The notes under the pieces are model-generated. The model saw only the letters and a list, made by a program, of their open reading frames with translations, was not told where the DNA came from and did not search any database. From NCBI RefSeq assembly GCF_009914755.1, contig NC_060939.1: a stretch of DNA of 64,000 bases; one strand, 5' to 3'. Below, in pieces: positions 1-15,266 of this stretch. The stretch is from the human T2T-CHM13v2.0 reference genome, Homo sapiens. How positions within the stretch are numbered: the first letter of the stretch is position 1; every line of letters starts with the position of its first letter. Position numbers and translations under genes: made by a program.

Positions 1-634
1 GAGTCTCCAGATTCACAACCACCATTACTGCATATAGCTTTTCCCAGCCTTTAACTCATCCCCCTAAAGTTTCTCCAATTTTTCATTAAAAACTGTCATT
101 TTCTAAGTTATCCTTCACTTTCTGTTCCCTTCTACCACCTACCACGAGATGTCAGTTGACTTTCTTATGGGGCCTTTTGTTTATTTTTTAAAAAACAAAA
201 TTTTTATTATGTCAAACAAAGTTCCTACCTTCCAGTAAAAGAGAACACAGGAAACAAAGCCTCATTGTGAAAGAAATACTGAGCTTTCAGCTAGGCTCCT
301 TACTGGCTAAGCTCCTTGCTCCTCTGTGCCAAATTCATAGCATGAGCTATTCAGATTATAACTCAGCTTCGTGATACATTACTATATCACGGCCTTGGTG
401 CTTGTTCCCAAATAGAAGGGACTTCAATCAGTAGGTCTATGAATGTCAATTCTGCCCTAGAAGAAATGCCAGTGGGCGTTTATAAAATAAACATGATCTA
501 CCCCATGGGACTCTGATTCCATAAGTAGAGCGTCCAACTCAGTGTGGCTGGGGATTTCTCCATCAGGATTAGGAGGGTCAGCTCTGTGGTATAGTTTTCA
601 TCGCTTTTCCCCTTACAACGTGTCTCCCTTGCAG

Positions 635-711
635 AAAATGCTAGATTACCTAAAGGAGAAAAAGGATGCTGGATTCTTTCAAAGCCTTTCTGGTCTTATG
701 CAGTCTTGCAG
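635..711 (+). CDS. RYR3: RYR3 coding exon (~exon 81), [26 protein letters not shown]
   Basis: cccttgcag| ... AG|gtaaat; 77 nt; typical RyR sequence; phase 2 joins the next exon. Confidence 0.93.
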
Positions 712-3241
712 GTAAATGCGGGAAAACTACCATAGCATTTAAAAAACTCTTCCCTCTAAGCATAGGAGGCAGGGGAAGGGGAGCACAAAATATACTGGCC
801 TACCATAGAATTCTTGAGAGAGGAAGCACCTACTTAGAAAGCTAAGAGAGTAGGTGTTGTTCCTCCAGCCTTCAGGATGACAATTCAGCTAACATTCAGA
901 GGGGAAAATGTGATTGCCATTAGCCACATACACACGCTCCCCCACTGCTGTTGTGTTTAATCTCCCTTCCTTACCTCCACGTTTATGTTGCTTTCCCAGC
1001 AGGCTCAGTGTGCGCATTGAGTTTCTCATCAAACATGTATGTCCATAAAAGTCAAACCAGGAAAGAATGGAAAAGGGGGGATTCCTGACTATGATTCAGG
1101 GCTATGTTTTATTAAACCCACTAGGTACTTTGTTAATCTTTGTCCTTAACAATTCTTTGAGCTTGAATATGTGTTAGGGTAGTGTGTATTTTGACACATC
1201 CATTTTGACAGCGGTACATCCTGGCATGGGAACATTTTGACATAGCCTAAAAAACAAGGCTTTGAACTTTCCATTCATATTATTAAGCTGTTTAAGCCAC
1301 CCCTCATGGCTGAATGGCTCTGACACATAAATAATATATAATCCAGAGTCATAGGTCATGATACTTGCTGAATTCAGAGATGAGCCAGAATCTAAGAAAA
1401 GTGTCAGCTTATTGTCTAAGATTCATATGTATTTGGATAGTCTGCAGATAATTCTAAAAGAAATTAAACTTTTAATTACCTAGTTCATTTGCCTCCAATT
1501 ATGCTTTCCATTTAAAAATGTGGAGGATGGTCATCCTTTCTCTTGGTGGACTACATACTTTTGCTAACCATATTTCACTGGGTAAAATATCGTACCCTGG
1601 GCAGTAGGGAGCATATGTGAGCTGCAGTATAATTCTTTAGTCTCAGCTCTGTGGGGCTTTTCCCCACCAACAGTCTATTCATTTATTATCTCTCTCAGGA
1701 AAACAAAAAGGAATATTTCCAGGCCTGCCTCTCTGAGGCTAAAATAGTACATATGAACTCAGAGATGGCAAAAATCAAGGCAACTCAATTCCATATTGCT
1801 CATAAAGTTATCCATTTACTTTCTAACAGTTCTCTCAGTATCCTGTAATACTTAATATTGCTAAACTCATTTATAATGACAGCTTGGAGAGACAGGTGAT
1901 ATACGCTTAGATGCCAGCTGAGTTCTAACAGAAGTTTTAAGATGTCTTACTGCTGGGTTTTTTATGATTATAAGAACAATATATGTTTTTTAAAAATTTA
2001 AGCAGTAGGGAAGTTAAAACATTCAAAATGGGTATTTAGGAATGGAGTGAGTAAGGATCAGAAATGTGTGTTGCATAGATTCAGATTCAAAACTGCTGCT
2101 TCAGAGCAACTATGTCCAAATGTTCTTTCCCATGTTTTCCTCCCCTGACGGCTAAACCAAAGTAGAAGGATAGTTTTGTGTTGATGAGCAAGCCCTTTTG
2201 CCAGCAGAATCTGGGAAAAACAAACAAATGGCAATAGAGATTTCACTGTCTACCTAAATCATTTTTACCTAAATGATGAAATTAGGTAAATGAAACTTAC
2301 CTAAATCACAAAACATGTGACTCCTTAAAAAGAAAACAGGAAGGCCAGATTTTTCTCCATGCCTTTGCCCCGTGGTAGAAGGAAAGCTAAGTTTTGCAGA
2401 GTCTTAATGGACTTAGCCATAAACTTTCCTAAGAGCTATGTTCTATGTTCTATGAAACCTTTCAGATTGGGGAATAAGTTAGACTCCGTTAGTAAAATGG
2501 AATGAGCCCCACTTAGAAATAACATGATCATATAGTGGTCTCATCAGCAAGCTTTGTGGTTGCACTATGGCTTCCTGGCTGAGTAAAATTTGGCAGTGGC
2601 TGTGACTAGGAAGGTTGTGGGGAGTAGGGACAAAAATGAAGGCCAACTTGTCATAAATTCAGGAATACCTGGAGGCACCATTCCCTGTGGAAAGCGGAAC
2701 CTCAGCTTCCATAGGCTTTTGCATGATGTAGAATCATAAAAGGGCGTGGCCCTTTGAAATCTGGAAGTTTGTAGCTCATCCTAAGCTCTGGAAACCACAA
2801 TTCCATGTGATTCTCAGAGAAAGTAGGTAAAGGTGGGAGGCAAACATTAATCAGTGCTGTTTAAAGTAAACTTTCCCTCGAGAAATCTTAAAAACAGATT
2901 ATTCCTTCTTTATTTGGAAAACTTTTCTAAACCTTCACATCAAAGTGAAGACCTTGAGTCTTCACCAAAAGACTCAAACTGGACAGACAATGAGAGTCAC
3001 CGTAAGTGTTCATGACCCCTCTACCTGTATGTAACAAAGTCTGTGAGCTATAGGCACCTAAGACAACACTGCTCGGCACAAAACCAAGGAATCATTAGAC
3101 TTGCAACCACCCTGGAATGTGTTAGTTTATTTACGATAACACAGGGGCAGGATATGCTTAGTCGATAGGTACATTAACATTAGAAATCTGCTTTCCCAGC
3201 GTGCGTAGCCCTGAACCTTGTTTCTTTCTGTCTATTAAAAG

Positions 3242-3315
3242 TGTCCTTGATTTGAATGCATTTGAGAGGCAGAATAAAGCTGAAGGCCTGGGGATGGTGA
3301 CTGAAGAAGGAACAC
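3242..3315 (+). CDS. RYR3: RYR3 exon (~82), (S)[24 protein letters not shown]
   Basis: aaag| ... C|gtaagt; 74 nt; conserved RyR motif [16 protein letters not shown]. Confidence 0.95.
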
Positions 3316-3323
3316 GTAAGTAA

Positions 3324-3672
<349 letters not shown>

Positions 3673-3889
3673 ATTTAAAATCTTAATTACCTATTTCTGG
3701 TCAGAGCTCATGTCTTTGCTTAGTATGCAAGGACTTGCTCTGTTTCAGTAAAATGCTTCCATCGGTAGCTTTAATAAAGCTATCATCTAGGATGGATGTG
3801 TTCACATAGCCAGTTTTAACTAAAGACAGTTTATCATGATGTTTACAGTTTTCTTACTTTCTATTCTTCTGTTTTTCTCTCATTACCAG

Positions 3890-3907
3890 TCATTGTTCGG
3901 GAACGTG
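3890..3907 (+). CDS. RYR3: RYR3 18-nt micro-exon (~83), adds (L)IVRER(G)
   Basis: Long pyrimidine tract + ccag| TCATTGTTCGGGAACGTG |gtaagt; phase 1-1; same position as the RYR1 ASII micro-exon. Confidence 0.88.
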
Positions 3908-4309
3908 GTAAGTTTCAGTTTCTGGCCTGAGTTCCTACCGTGTGTGAATCCTAGGAGATCTCATTTAATTGCCTCAGCACAGAAACATTTTAGGCTTGGT
4001 AGTTGCATGTTGAGTTGAACTCAGCAGTTTGGTACTTAATTAAAGAAGTGTCTTCCATCTGTAAAGCATGGGTTATGGACCGTGAGCCATTTACTCTCCT
4101 TATCCAGTTGTCTTCATTACAAATGCATTTATTGGGCATTGTGCCTTGCAGCCCAGCTCAGTTTAATTGGGCTTTTCACCATTCATCCAAAGTTCCTTTT
4201 CCAAACCATTCTGACACAACTCCTTTATCATCTGTGTAGTCATTTACATTAGAAAGTATTCTCTGGTGAGAAGCCAAACCAATGCTCATCAACGTTCTGT
4301 GTTTTCAAG

Positions 4310-4390
4310 GTGAAAAAGTACTCCAGAATGACGAGTTCACGCGTGATCTCTTTAGATTCCTACAGTTACTTTGTGAGGGACATAACAGTG
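4310..4390 (+). CDS. RYR3: RYR3 exon (~84), [27 protein letters not shown]; CEGH Ca2+-site motif
   Basis: ttcaag| ... G|gtgagt; 81 nt. Confidence 0.96.
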
Positions 4391-4838
4391 GTGAGTGGAA
4401 CAGATTGATCTGCCAAGGAAACACAGCACTCAGGGGCAAAACTAGAATTCCGTTCAGTATGCCCCATTTGATGCAACTAGTTGTTAACTCAAGGACATCA
4501 GTTAATGCGTTCCTCAATAAGAAACTATGTAAATATCATGGCTAGTGATATTTAGTGCCACCAAGGCTAAGCTGCTTCCAGAATCTTCAGATGAGAAATC
4601 TAAATACCCAGCCCTTTCCATCTAGCCCCTTGGGGCTCGTTAAGTCCAGTTTCTGGTGTCCGCAGGTTGGGGGGGTTCTCAGAGCAGAGCTCTGCCCTGC
4701 AGGATCTGCCATGACCCAAACATGGTATTCTTGTAAGCCTTTTCACATAGAATGTCTTATCTGAGCTCAGCTGAGAGGGCATGCTTGGCCCCCTCGGCAT
4801 GGCAGGGACAAGCTCTGACCCAGCACTGGTGCTCTCAG

Positions 4839-4927
4839 ACTTTCAGAACTTCCTGCGGACTCAGATGGGCAACACCACCACCGTGAATGTCATCATCAGC
4901 ACTGTGGACTACCTTCTGCGTCTGCAG
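4839..4927 (+). CDS. RYR3: RYR3 exon (~85), [30 protein letters not shown]
   Basis: ctctcag| ... CAG|gtgagt; 89 nt. Confidence 0.96.
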
Positions 4928-5552
4928 GTGAGTGGGAGGGCCTTGGACAATGGGACCTCTCACCTTTGCTTCCAGAAGATAAACACAGTTACACAGGGTC
5001 AGGGACAGCCCAGGATACAGTCAAGCCCCTATAAGGAAGGCGTTGTAACGTGTATCCACAGATGCATGGGAAGTCCAGTGCCCAAAGAGTATATTTGAAG
5101 ACAGAAGTGGGAGACGTGGTTAAACACCAAATCGTCTGTTATGAAATGCTGGTTTACTTTAGTTTTGCCAGTGAAAACCAATCTGTGTTGCTATAAAACA
5201 ACCAAGAGCTATAACACAACCAAGAGCTCTAAAATAACCTGTGAATGAGAACAGATTTCACTAGAGAAAAAGACTTACACGAGATGATAGGAATAGGATG
5301 AGTTTACAAGTTCGTGTTGAGAAGTCAGATGGTTTGTTTCAAGGAAGCCCAAATTATATTGAAAAAATCTACACAAACCTATTAACAAAAAGGGATTTTT
5401 TTCCTCTTTGCTGATTCCTCATCCTGGTTCTGCCACTTACTGGTTTGTAACCTAGAGCAATCTGTTTAATGTGCCTGTGTTCCAGTTTTTTCATCAGTAA
5501 AAGGGGTAGGACCTATGCCATAGGGTGGTAGTAAAGATTGAGAGGTTGGATA

Positions 5553-8228
5553 CAGGCATACCTCATTTTATTGCAGTTGGTATTATTGTGCTTCACAGAT
5601 GCTGTGTGTTTTACAAATCGAAGGTTTGTGGTAACCCTGCATCAAGCAAGTCTATCTGTGCCGTTTTACCAACAGCATTTACTCACTTGGTGTCTCTGTC
5701 ACATTTTGATGATTCTCACAATATTTCCAACTTTTCACTATTATATCTATTATGGTGATCTGTGATCAGTGATCTTCGATGTTACTATTGTAATTGTTTT
5801 GGGGTGCCATGAACTATGCCCTTGTAAGACAGCAAACTTAATGTTGCATGTGTTCTCACCATTCCACCAACTGTTCCTCCATCTCCCTCCTTCTCCTCAG
5901 GCCTTCCTATTCCCTGAGACATAACAGTATTGAAGTTAGGTCAGTTAATTTCCCTACAGTGGCCTCCAAGTGTTCAAGTGAAAGGAAGAGTCACACATCT
6001 CCCACTTTAAATCAAAAGCTGGAAATGATTAAGCTTAGTAAGGAAGGCATGTTGAAAGCTAAGACAGGCCAAAGGCTAGGCCCCTTGCACTAAACAGCCA
6101 AGCTATGCAAAGAAAAAGTTATTAAAGGACATTAAAAGGGCTGCCTCAGTGAGCATATGAATGATAAGAAAGCAAAACACCCTCATTACTGAAATGGGGA
6201 CAGTGCGAGTGGTCTGGATAAAAGGTCAAACCAGCCACAACATTCTCATAAGCCACAATCTAATCTAGAGCAGGGCTCTAACTCTCTTCAATTCTATGAA
6301 GGCTGAGAGAGGTAAGGAAGCTGCCAAAGAACAGTTTGAAGCTAGCAGAGTTTGGTTCATGAGGTTTAGGGAAAGAAGTCATCTCCAAAACAAAAGTGTA
6401 AGGTAAAGCAGCAAGTGCAGATATAGAAGCTGCAGCAAGTTACCCAGAAGATCTATCTAGGATAATTGATGAAGGTGGTCACACTAAACAACAGATTTCC
6501 CACGTACATGAAACAGCCTTCTCCTAGAAGAGAGATACCATCTAGGACTTTCATAGTTAGAGAGGACAAGCCAATACCTCACTTCAGAGCTTCAAAGGAC
6601 AGGCTGACTTTCTTATTAGGGGCAGCCCAGCTGGTAGCTTTAAGTTGAAGCCACTGCTCGTTTACCATTCCAAAAATCCTAGGGCCCTTAAGAATTATGG
6701 TAAATCTACTCTGCCCATGCTCTATGTATGGAAAAACAAAGCTTGGATTGTCATCTGTTTACAGCATGATTTACTATTTTAAGCCCACTGTTGACACCAA
6801 CTGCTCAGAAAAAAAAAAAGATTCCTTTCAAAATATTACTGTTGTTGACTATGCACCTGGTTCCAAGAGCTCTGATGGAGATATACAAGGAAATGAATCT
6901 TTTTTTCATGCCTGCTAATACAAGATTTATTCTGCAGCCCATGGATCAAGGAGTAATTTTGACTTGCAAGTCTTATTTTTTAAGAAATGCATTTCGTAAG
7001 GCTACAGCTGCTACAGATAGTGATTCCTCTGATGGATCTGGGCACGGTAAGTTGAAAACCTTCTGGAAAGGATTCAACATTGTAGATGTCATTAAAAAAC
7101 ATTGTGGGCCAGGCCCAGTGGCTCGCATCTGTAATCCTAGGACTTTGGGAGGCCAAGGCAGGAGGATCACAAGGTCAGGAGATCGAGACCATCCTGGCTA
7201 ACACGGTGAAACCCCATCTCTACTAAAAATACAAAAAAAAAAATTAGCCGGGCATGGTGGCGGGTGCCTGTAGTCCCAGCTACTCGGGAGGCTGAGGCAG
7301 GAGAATGGCGTGAACCCGGGAGGCGGAGCTTGCAGTGAGCCAGATTGCGCCGCTGCACTCCAGCCTGGGCAACAGAGCGAGACTCTGTCTCAAAAAAAAA
7401 AAAAAAAATTTTGATTCATGGGAGAAGGTCAAATATCAACATTAACAGGACTTGAGGAAGTTGATTGCAACCCTTGTGGGTGATTTGGAGGGGTTTGAGA
7501 CTTCAGTGGAGGAAATAAATGCAGACGTGTTGGAAATAGCAAGAGAACTAGAATTAGTAGTGGAGCCTGAAGAACATGAACCTGAATTGCTGCAATCTCA
7601 TGATCAAACTTTGACAAACGAAGAGTTTCCTCTCATGGATGAGCAAAGAAAGTGGTTTCTTGAGATGGAGTCTTCCTGGTGAAGATGCTCTAAACATTGT
7701 TGAAATGCCAAAAAGGGATTTAAAATTGTAAACTTAGTTGATAAGGAGTGGCAAGGTTTGAGAAGACTGACTCCAATTTTGAAAGAAGTTCTGTGGGTAA
7801 AATGCTATCAAGCAGTACATGCGTCTTTCATGAAAGGAAGTCAGTTGATGCAGTTAACACTGTCTTATTTCAAGAAATTGCCACAGCCACCTCAACCTTC
7901 AGCAGCCACCACCCTGTTTAGTCAGTAGCCATCAACATCAAGGCAAGACCTTTCACCAGCAAAAAGATGGTGGAACTTACAACTTGCTGAGAGCTCAGGT
8001 GATTGTTAGCACTTTTTAGCAATAAAGTATTTTTTAATGATGGCACGTACATTGTTTTTTAAAGACATAATGCTATTGCACACTTAATAGACTACAGCAT
8101 ATTGTAAACATAACTTTGATGTACGCTGAGAAATCAACATTTTGTATGACTCACTTTATTGTAATGTTCACTTTACTGTAGTTTATCTGTAATCAAACTC
8201 GGATTATCTCTGAATCTCTACATGCCTG
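5553..8228 (+). mobile_element. Near full-length Tigger1 (pogo-like DNA transposon) with decayed transposase, interrupted by an AluY
   Basis: TA|CAGGCATACCTC left end and ATGCCTG|TA right end; transposase remnants (LQPMDQGVI) spread over several frames. Confidence 0.92.
7107..7408 (+). mobile_element. AluY-like element inside Tigger1
   Basis: gagatcgagaccatcctggctaacacgg and gagaatggcgtgaaccc diagnostic segments; A tail. Confidence 0.92.
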
Positions 8229-8601
8229 TATATGTAATGTACTCAGAACAACGTCTGGCACTTACAATATTAGCTATTATGTTGTTGCTGTTACTATGAT
8301 TATTTGGATAATTACCATTATCTTCACATATTTCACATTGAGTAAATTATCCTATTTCATAGTCTCCAAGTTCCAGCTGAAGGCAGTCCTCACTCCTATC
8401 TATTCTTTCCTCTGCAGGGATATTTGTGCATGAAAGATCCTAGAGACCTGGTATCTCTGCACTTCTTCACAGGGTCCCTGGCTCCTGTCAGAGCAAAGAG
8501 GTCATAGAGATGCAGGATTATCATGTACCCTTCCCAAACACCGAGTTTAGCTTCACTGACTGAAGTCTGAGAAATACTAAGCTCTACTCATTTGTTTTTA
8601 G

Positions 8602-8730
8602 GAATCAATCAGTGATTTCTACTGGTATTATTCAGGGAAGGACATCATTGATGAATCTGGACAGCACAATTTTTCCAAAGCTCTGGCAGTCACCAAGCAG
8701 ATTTTCAATTCTCTTACAGAATACATCCAG
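8602..8730 (+). CDS. RYR3: RYR3 exon (~86), [14 protein letters not shown]...FNSLTEYIQ
   Basis: tttttag| ... CAG|gtatgt; 129 nt; TEYIQ Ca2+-site motif. Confidence 0.96.
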
Positions 8731-9547
8731 GTATGTGCTACAGAGTGCATGGTTGAAAACAAAGAGAACATTGTTGATATGCCTGTATTCTATATTCCCT
8801 ACAGAATACTTGATTGTACACAGTGCACTATCCATCCAGCCCTAATGCTGACAATTTTTATTTTCTCTAAATAGGAAGCAATAGTACCTGCATTCCACAA
8901 GCAGCTATAGTTTGGGGTCCCCCCACTGGACCTGTTTATAATGTTCACACTTTATTTGCATTTATCTAGCTACATTTTGCTTTCCCTCTTAAACTAAAAA
9001 TTTTTCATGGAAAGAAAATGTCTTACTCAAAACTCTTTATATCTAGAAAAATGTCTGGCATATATCTGTTCAGTAAGCATGGAGAGTGGAGTGGAGAAAT
9101 GATTCATAGAATGAAGGAATTAAGGGATAAATGATGTTCTCTTGATAGAGATTAAAAACAGGATCCATGAGATCCTACTGATTTGTCAGAAATTAACTCT
9201 GGAAGAAATAACTTCAGAAGCGCACAAACTACATGCAGTGGCAGTCAAACCCGCAAGTGTATTTCATGTTAACTGTCTAGATCTTGGTGCAGTCTTTCTC
9301 TATTCATAGTATTTTCTATTCATTGTCTATGGTGGTCTAGCTACTTTAGAAAAGGAACAGAGGATATATTCAGGCATAATTTGCTATAAAATTAGTAGGC
9401 GTATCATTACCGTCAGTGATACAAGATTTTTTTTTAAAGCAAAAGTAATACTTCATCTTCAGATTACCATAATCAGGAGACTCATGAATAGGGCTTTTAT
9501 TCATTCATTCATCAAAACGCTCAGTTTGTACTCTGCGCTGTGGTTCA

Positions 9548-10658
<1,111 letters not shown>

Positions 10659-11634
10659 GCCAAAGGGCTCCGAGTCTCCATAGGACCACGTAGGCTATGG
10701 ATAGATGAAGAGGAGGAAGTACATTCTGTGTCAGTGATTTGGAGAAGTTAGAGATAGGATTATGCGTGGCTTTATAAGAAATAATGTCGGCAATTATATC
10801 CATCTTGCTGAGACAGAAGACATAGGTGAGGAAAGAAGTGGACAATGTTTTTTACCTTTTCCTGTACACCTTCATTTCTTTCCCAAAGAACTTTTTATAT
10901 TCCAAGAGTCCAAGAGTTTTTAGTGACTTTTTTTTGTTTTTACTGGTAATATGACTGAGCCAAAACTTGTTCTATGAAAAATATTAAATTCTCATCAAAT
11001 AAAGATCCATGTGATGAGCCAACTGGCACAGTCAGATCATATTTGCTCATTAAAAGAAACACAAAACTAAGACTGTCAACTTGAAAAGGAGGATTTTGAG
11101 GAGAGATATATCCTTGTCACTCAAGCGTTATAAGGACATGAAGTGATAAACCTAAAAACAAGTTACTGATCTGAAGTTTCACAAAATGCAGTGTACCTAA
11201 GGAGATCATTGAATATATTTGATAAGCATCTGATTTGATCTCTGCAAAATCCATCCTTATCTTCAGAACTTCCCGTGGAGCACGAACCCAAAAGTAAAGG
11301 AGAAGCTCATTTTTGGTGAATGTGTTTCTTTCAGAAACCAGCTTTGTTACAGAAAGAATCTAATGGTTTCTAGGGATCAGACACTGAATGTACATAAACA
11401 GTGATTTTTAACAAACTTACGTGATTTGGGAATGCAGGCAGTATTTCTCCTCACCTTTTAAACCTTGGGAATCCTGCCAAGACTTTTCTAGAAATTAGGG
11501 TAATATATGTGTTCCTTTTAGAACTTTCTTATTGAGTAATTTGGAGATTGGTTAAAGGGTAGAAAAAAATAGACTGTAAAGAAAAGATAAGAAATGTTGG
11601 CTCAATAATGATCTTTAAAAAGAGTGAGATTATT

Positions 11635-11918
11635 GACCGCGCACTGTGGCTCATGCCTGTACTCCCAGCACTTTGAGAGGCTAAGGCGGGTGGATCACTT
11701 GAGGCCAGGAGTTTGAGACCAACCTGGCCAATGTGACAAAACCCTGTCTCTACTAAAAATATAAAAAAATCAGCCAGGCGTGGTGGCACATGCCTGTAAT
11801 CTCAGCTACTTGGGAGGCTGAGTCACAAGAATCATTTGAACCCAGTGAGCAGAGGTTGCAGTAAGCCGAGATCATGCCACTGCACTCCAGCATGGGTGAC
11901 AGAGCAAAAATCTGTCTT

Positions 11919-11957
<39 letters not shown>
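11635..11957 (+). mobile_element. Alu whose tail has become a (CA)n microsatellite (11921-11957)
   Basis: Alu body; agtgagatta TSD on both sides. Confidence 0.9.
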
Positions 11958-11959
<2 letters not shown>

Positions 11960-12601
11960 GAGATTAACATGGAAAATGCAAACTAAGTTATTCCTCTACA
12001 TTTGGCTTTCAGAAAAGTTCGTCAGAGATGCTATTATATATGAAGTTTAGGTTAATAAGAAAATCCTAGACGTGGTTGAATGCTAAGATTATTACACAGA
12101 TTTCTTTTCTTTTTTTTTTTTTTTAACTTAATTAGATAGCTGTGTGGTTATCAGCATGTGTAACTTTGCCTGGAAACAATAGGTAGATGAGGGCCTGGTT
12201 TTCACACTGTGCTTCGCAGCACCCTTGATCTCCTCCAAAGGCCTCTGAGGCCAAGGTGAGGGTGGGGAGTGTGCCCTTCAGCCCTGTGTCAACCACAGCA
12301 TTTCACTGTTTTAAATATTGTTCTCCAGTGTAAGCTTTTGTTTTAAGAACTCATTCTGAGGCTAAAAGAAAGTATCTGAAAATCACTGGACTGTGAAATC
12401 CCTAGTGGTTTTTCCTAGATATGGTATCCTATAATCAGGAAAAGAAAAAAGTAATAATCCTGGGAAAATACTGAGCTATGAAATATTTGACTTTTGGAAA
12501 GTCTATCTGCTCATATAAGTAGGTATCAGATGCCCTTACTAGACAGGTTTCAGAGCAACTTGTGATGTTTAAGTGACATAAGAATGTCCTCTTCTCTGCA
12601 G

Positions 12602-12706
12602 GGCCCTTGCATTGGTAATCAACAGAGCCTGGCTCACAGCAGGCTGTGGGACGCAGTGGTTGGCTTCCTCCATGTCTTTGCTAATATGCAGATGAAACTC
12701 TCTCAG
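12602..12706 (+). CDS. RYR3: RYR3 exon (~87), [35 protein letters not shown]
   Basis: ctctgcag| ... CAG|gtactg; 105 nt. Confidence 0.96.
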
Positions 12707-14541
12707 GTACTGTGGCCCATTCCCTGCACGTGTCATTGTTGTGAAATGCTAAGTCAGTCCTCACTCCTTGGTGTTCCCATTGTGATGTGGCTGCTTGATC
12801 AAAGGCTGGACAAGCCATGCATATTAGGTCTCAGTTTTTTAAACTGAAGGCCAAAATGGGAGATGGAAATGAATGCCTCGGAGGGGCGGGGGGTCCCAGA
12901 CAGGCTTTTGCATGAACGCAGCTTCCTTCTTTGTGTCTCACCAACCTACCCTTTTTATTATTGCCTCAACATTTGCTTTCTGTGGTGCTAATCCTTTCTG
13001 CTTCCTTGCCACCATTTTGTCAACTTACAAACACTCTACCAGCCCCGTCTGACTTGTCCCATGTTGCATGTCTCTGTAATCCACATCCCTCTTCTCTCTC
13101 ACTCCTGCTTCCTCCTCCCTCCCTCCCTGTCTCTGCCTCTCCTTCTCACTCCCCATCTCTCTGGCAAGATGAATCAGAACCGCTCAGAGCATTTATTATG
13201 AACAAATAAATGTAGCATATGTAGCAGTTTATTGCCTCTCTCCATGGCAACACATGAGGGAGACCTTCAGGAGGTATTTGAGGCTGATTAGAGTAACATT
13301 TGCAGCTTTAACTTAAATCATGTGTATCTAAAATTTTCAAGGCTGTCACATCTGCCTCCTCTCTTCTGGAATGTGCTATTTAACCTTTCATTTTTCCCCT
13401 TTTGACTCTGGCCTTACGGGAGGAGAGAGTTCCTGGGAGGGCTGCAATTTGACAGTAAGATGTCCATTCCTGTGTCAGCTGGGCAGTGTAGTGTAGTCTC
13501 GAGACAAGAGCCCTGGCCCTGCCACCTCCTCACCAGTGACTTTTGGAAAGCCACTTTCCCTTTCTGGTTTTGGTTTCATCATCTCTGAAATATCCCAAGT
13601 TAGAATAGGTGATCTCTGAGGTCTCTTCACAGCTCTGATATCCTACACTTCTGTGATATTTTGTATATAGCTGTGATACACACCATAGGTGATGAAGATT
13701 CCTCTGAAAGTTGAAGGGCTAGGCAAAGAGCTATGGTTGGGTTTTTGGTTTTTGGTTTCTTTTTTTTTTTTCCTTTTTTCTTTTCTTTTCTTTTGCTTTT
13801 TTTTATTATTATTTCTTTTCTTTCCTTTTTTTTTGTGAGGGGGGGGTCTGTAAAAGGTATGTGACTCGGAATACCTTTTTAATCAAATCCCCAGATTGCC
13901 CACCTCAGATCTTCCAAGAATTGTTTCCTACTGTGACATAGGGTATAAGGCACGGAGGTAGCTTAGCGATGCTCTTCCTGCATTGCTGAAATTAAAACCA
14001 AACAGACTGGTATCAAAACCATCCAGAGGAATAGCCTCCATTTTATTCCATTTAAAGGGACAAGTGGCACCCAGATCACCACCAACTAGAATTAGGAGAC
14101 TCTAAATTAATCCAGAAAGAAAGGAGACCCACTTGGTGATTATAACCTTGATACCTTTACCAGATGTCCAGTGTTCCCATAAAGCTCACTGGTAATTCTC
14201 CAGTGTAGATAATGACAACGTAAACTACTAGAGATACCTGAAGGCTCTTTGGTGCATTGGGTTGTTCAGCCGTTTTGGACAACACTTGGTATATCTGCCA
14301 CATTGTACTAATAAAAGGAAAAATGTAAAGGAGCTTTGTTGGATGAGTCCTGCTACAGTGAGTCTCCCGGTGCTGCAAACAGTGGACGATAAGGCATCCT
14401 CATTCAGAACGAGAAGGAAGCTCTTTCCCGACACTGATGCAGCCTGCACCTAACCTTTCCAGAGCAGGCTCTTCTCGCTCACTGCCCTGTACTTTACTGA
14501 GGGATCAGATAGCTCAGGGGTATCTCCTGTTTCTGTTCTAG

Positions 14542-14643
<102 letters not shown>

Positions 14644-15266
14644 TAGGCCTTCACACAACTGTAATTGGTCTGAGCACTAACCTTACTGATCATGCAGATT
14701 ATCCTTCTGGCAGGTCACTGATGCCATATGACATTGGTCAGAAAGCCAAATTTTCAGAAACGAAAAATAAAATGAGGGGCACCTGGTCTGACGGACGAAG
14801 CCTGAAATCAATTGATTTTCTATCAATAGGAAAGCCAGAATGAACTGGGGAAAACCTCCAAGCTTTGCTCTTCCCTATCCTCTCCCTCTCCCCATTGCTT
14901 TTCAACACATCTGGCTGCCAGTGTGTATGCCAGCCATCTAGTTGGGCACCCTCCTAGGTCTAAGGGGATCAAAGGGACACCATGTATCCCTATGTGTCCC
15001 TGATAATCTAATAATGAAACCACTTCCCAGGCCCCAGGCCATGTTAAAGGCAGTGGTGTGGCCACCTCCTTCTTCCCTTTGTTTCTTTCCCCCTTGGCTC
15101 CTAGTGGTGTAGTCTTTATGGCTTGCTGCTCCCTCCTACATCATCACGGTCAGAGAAGAGCTGACTAATTTGGCACAAAAGTCTTCTAAAAATAGCTACC
15201 TGACAAGTGACATGATAGCTTGGGTTTATTTGTATATTTGTATGTCTTTTTGAACCTGCCTCACAG

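Noticed and set aside
6791-7682. Transposase-like ORFs suggesting a TIGD-like gene
   Set aside because: Fragmented by stops, frameshifts and an Alu insertion; a dead Tigger1.
14260-14290. Short stem GTTGTTCA/TGGACAAC as a possible intronic ncRNA
   Set aside because: Only 8 bp, with no C/D or H/ACA boxes and no pre-miRNA-length hairpin that I could see.
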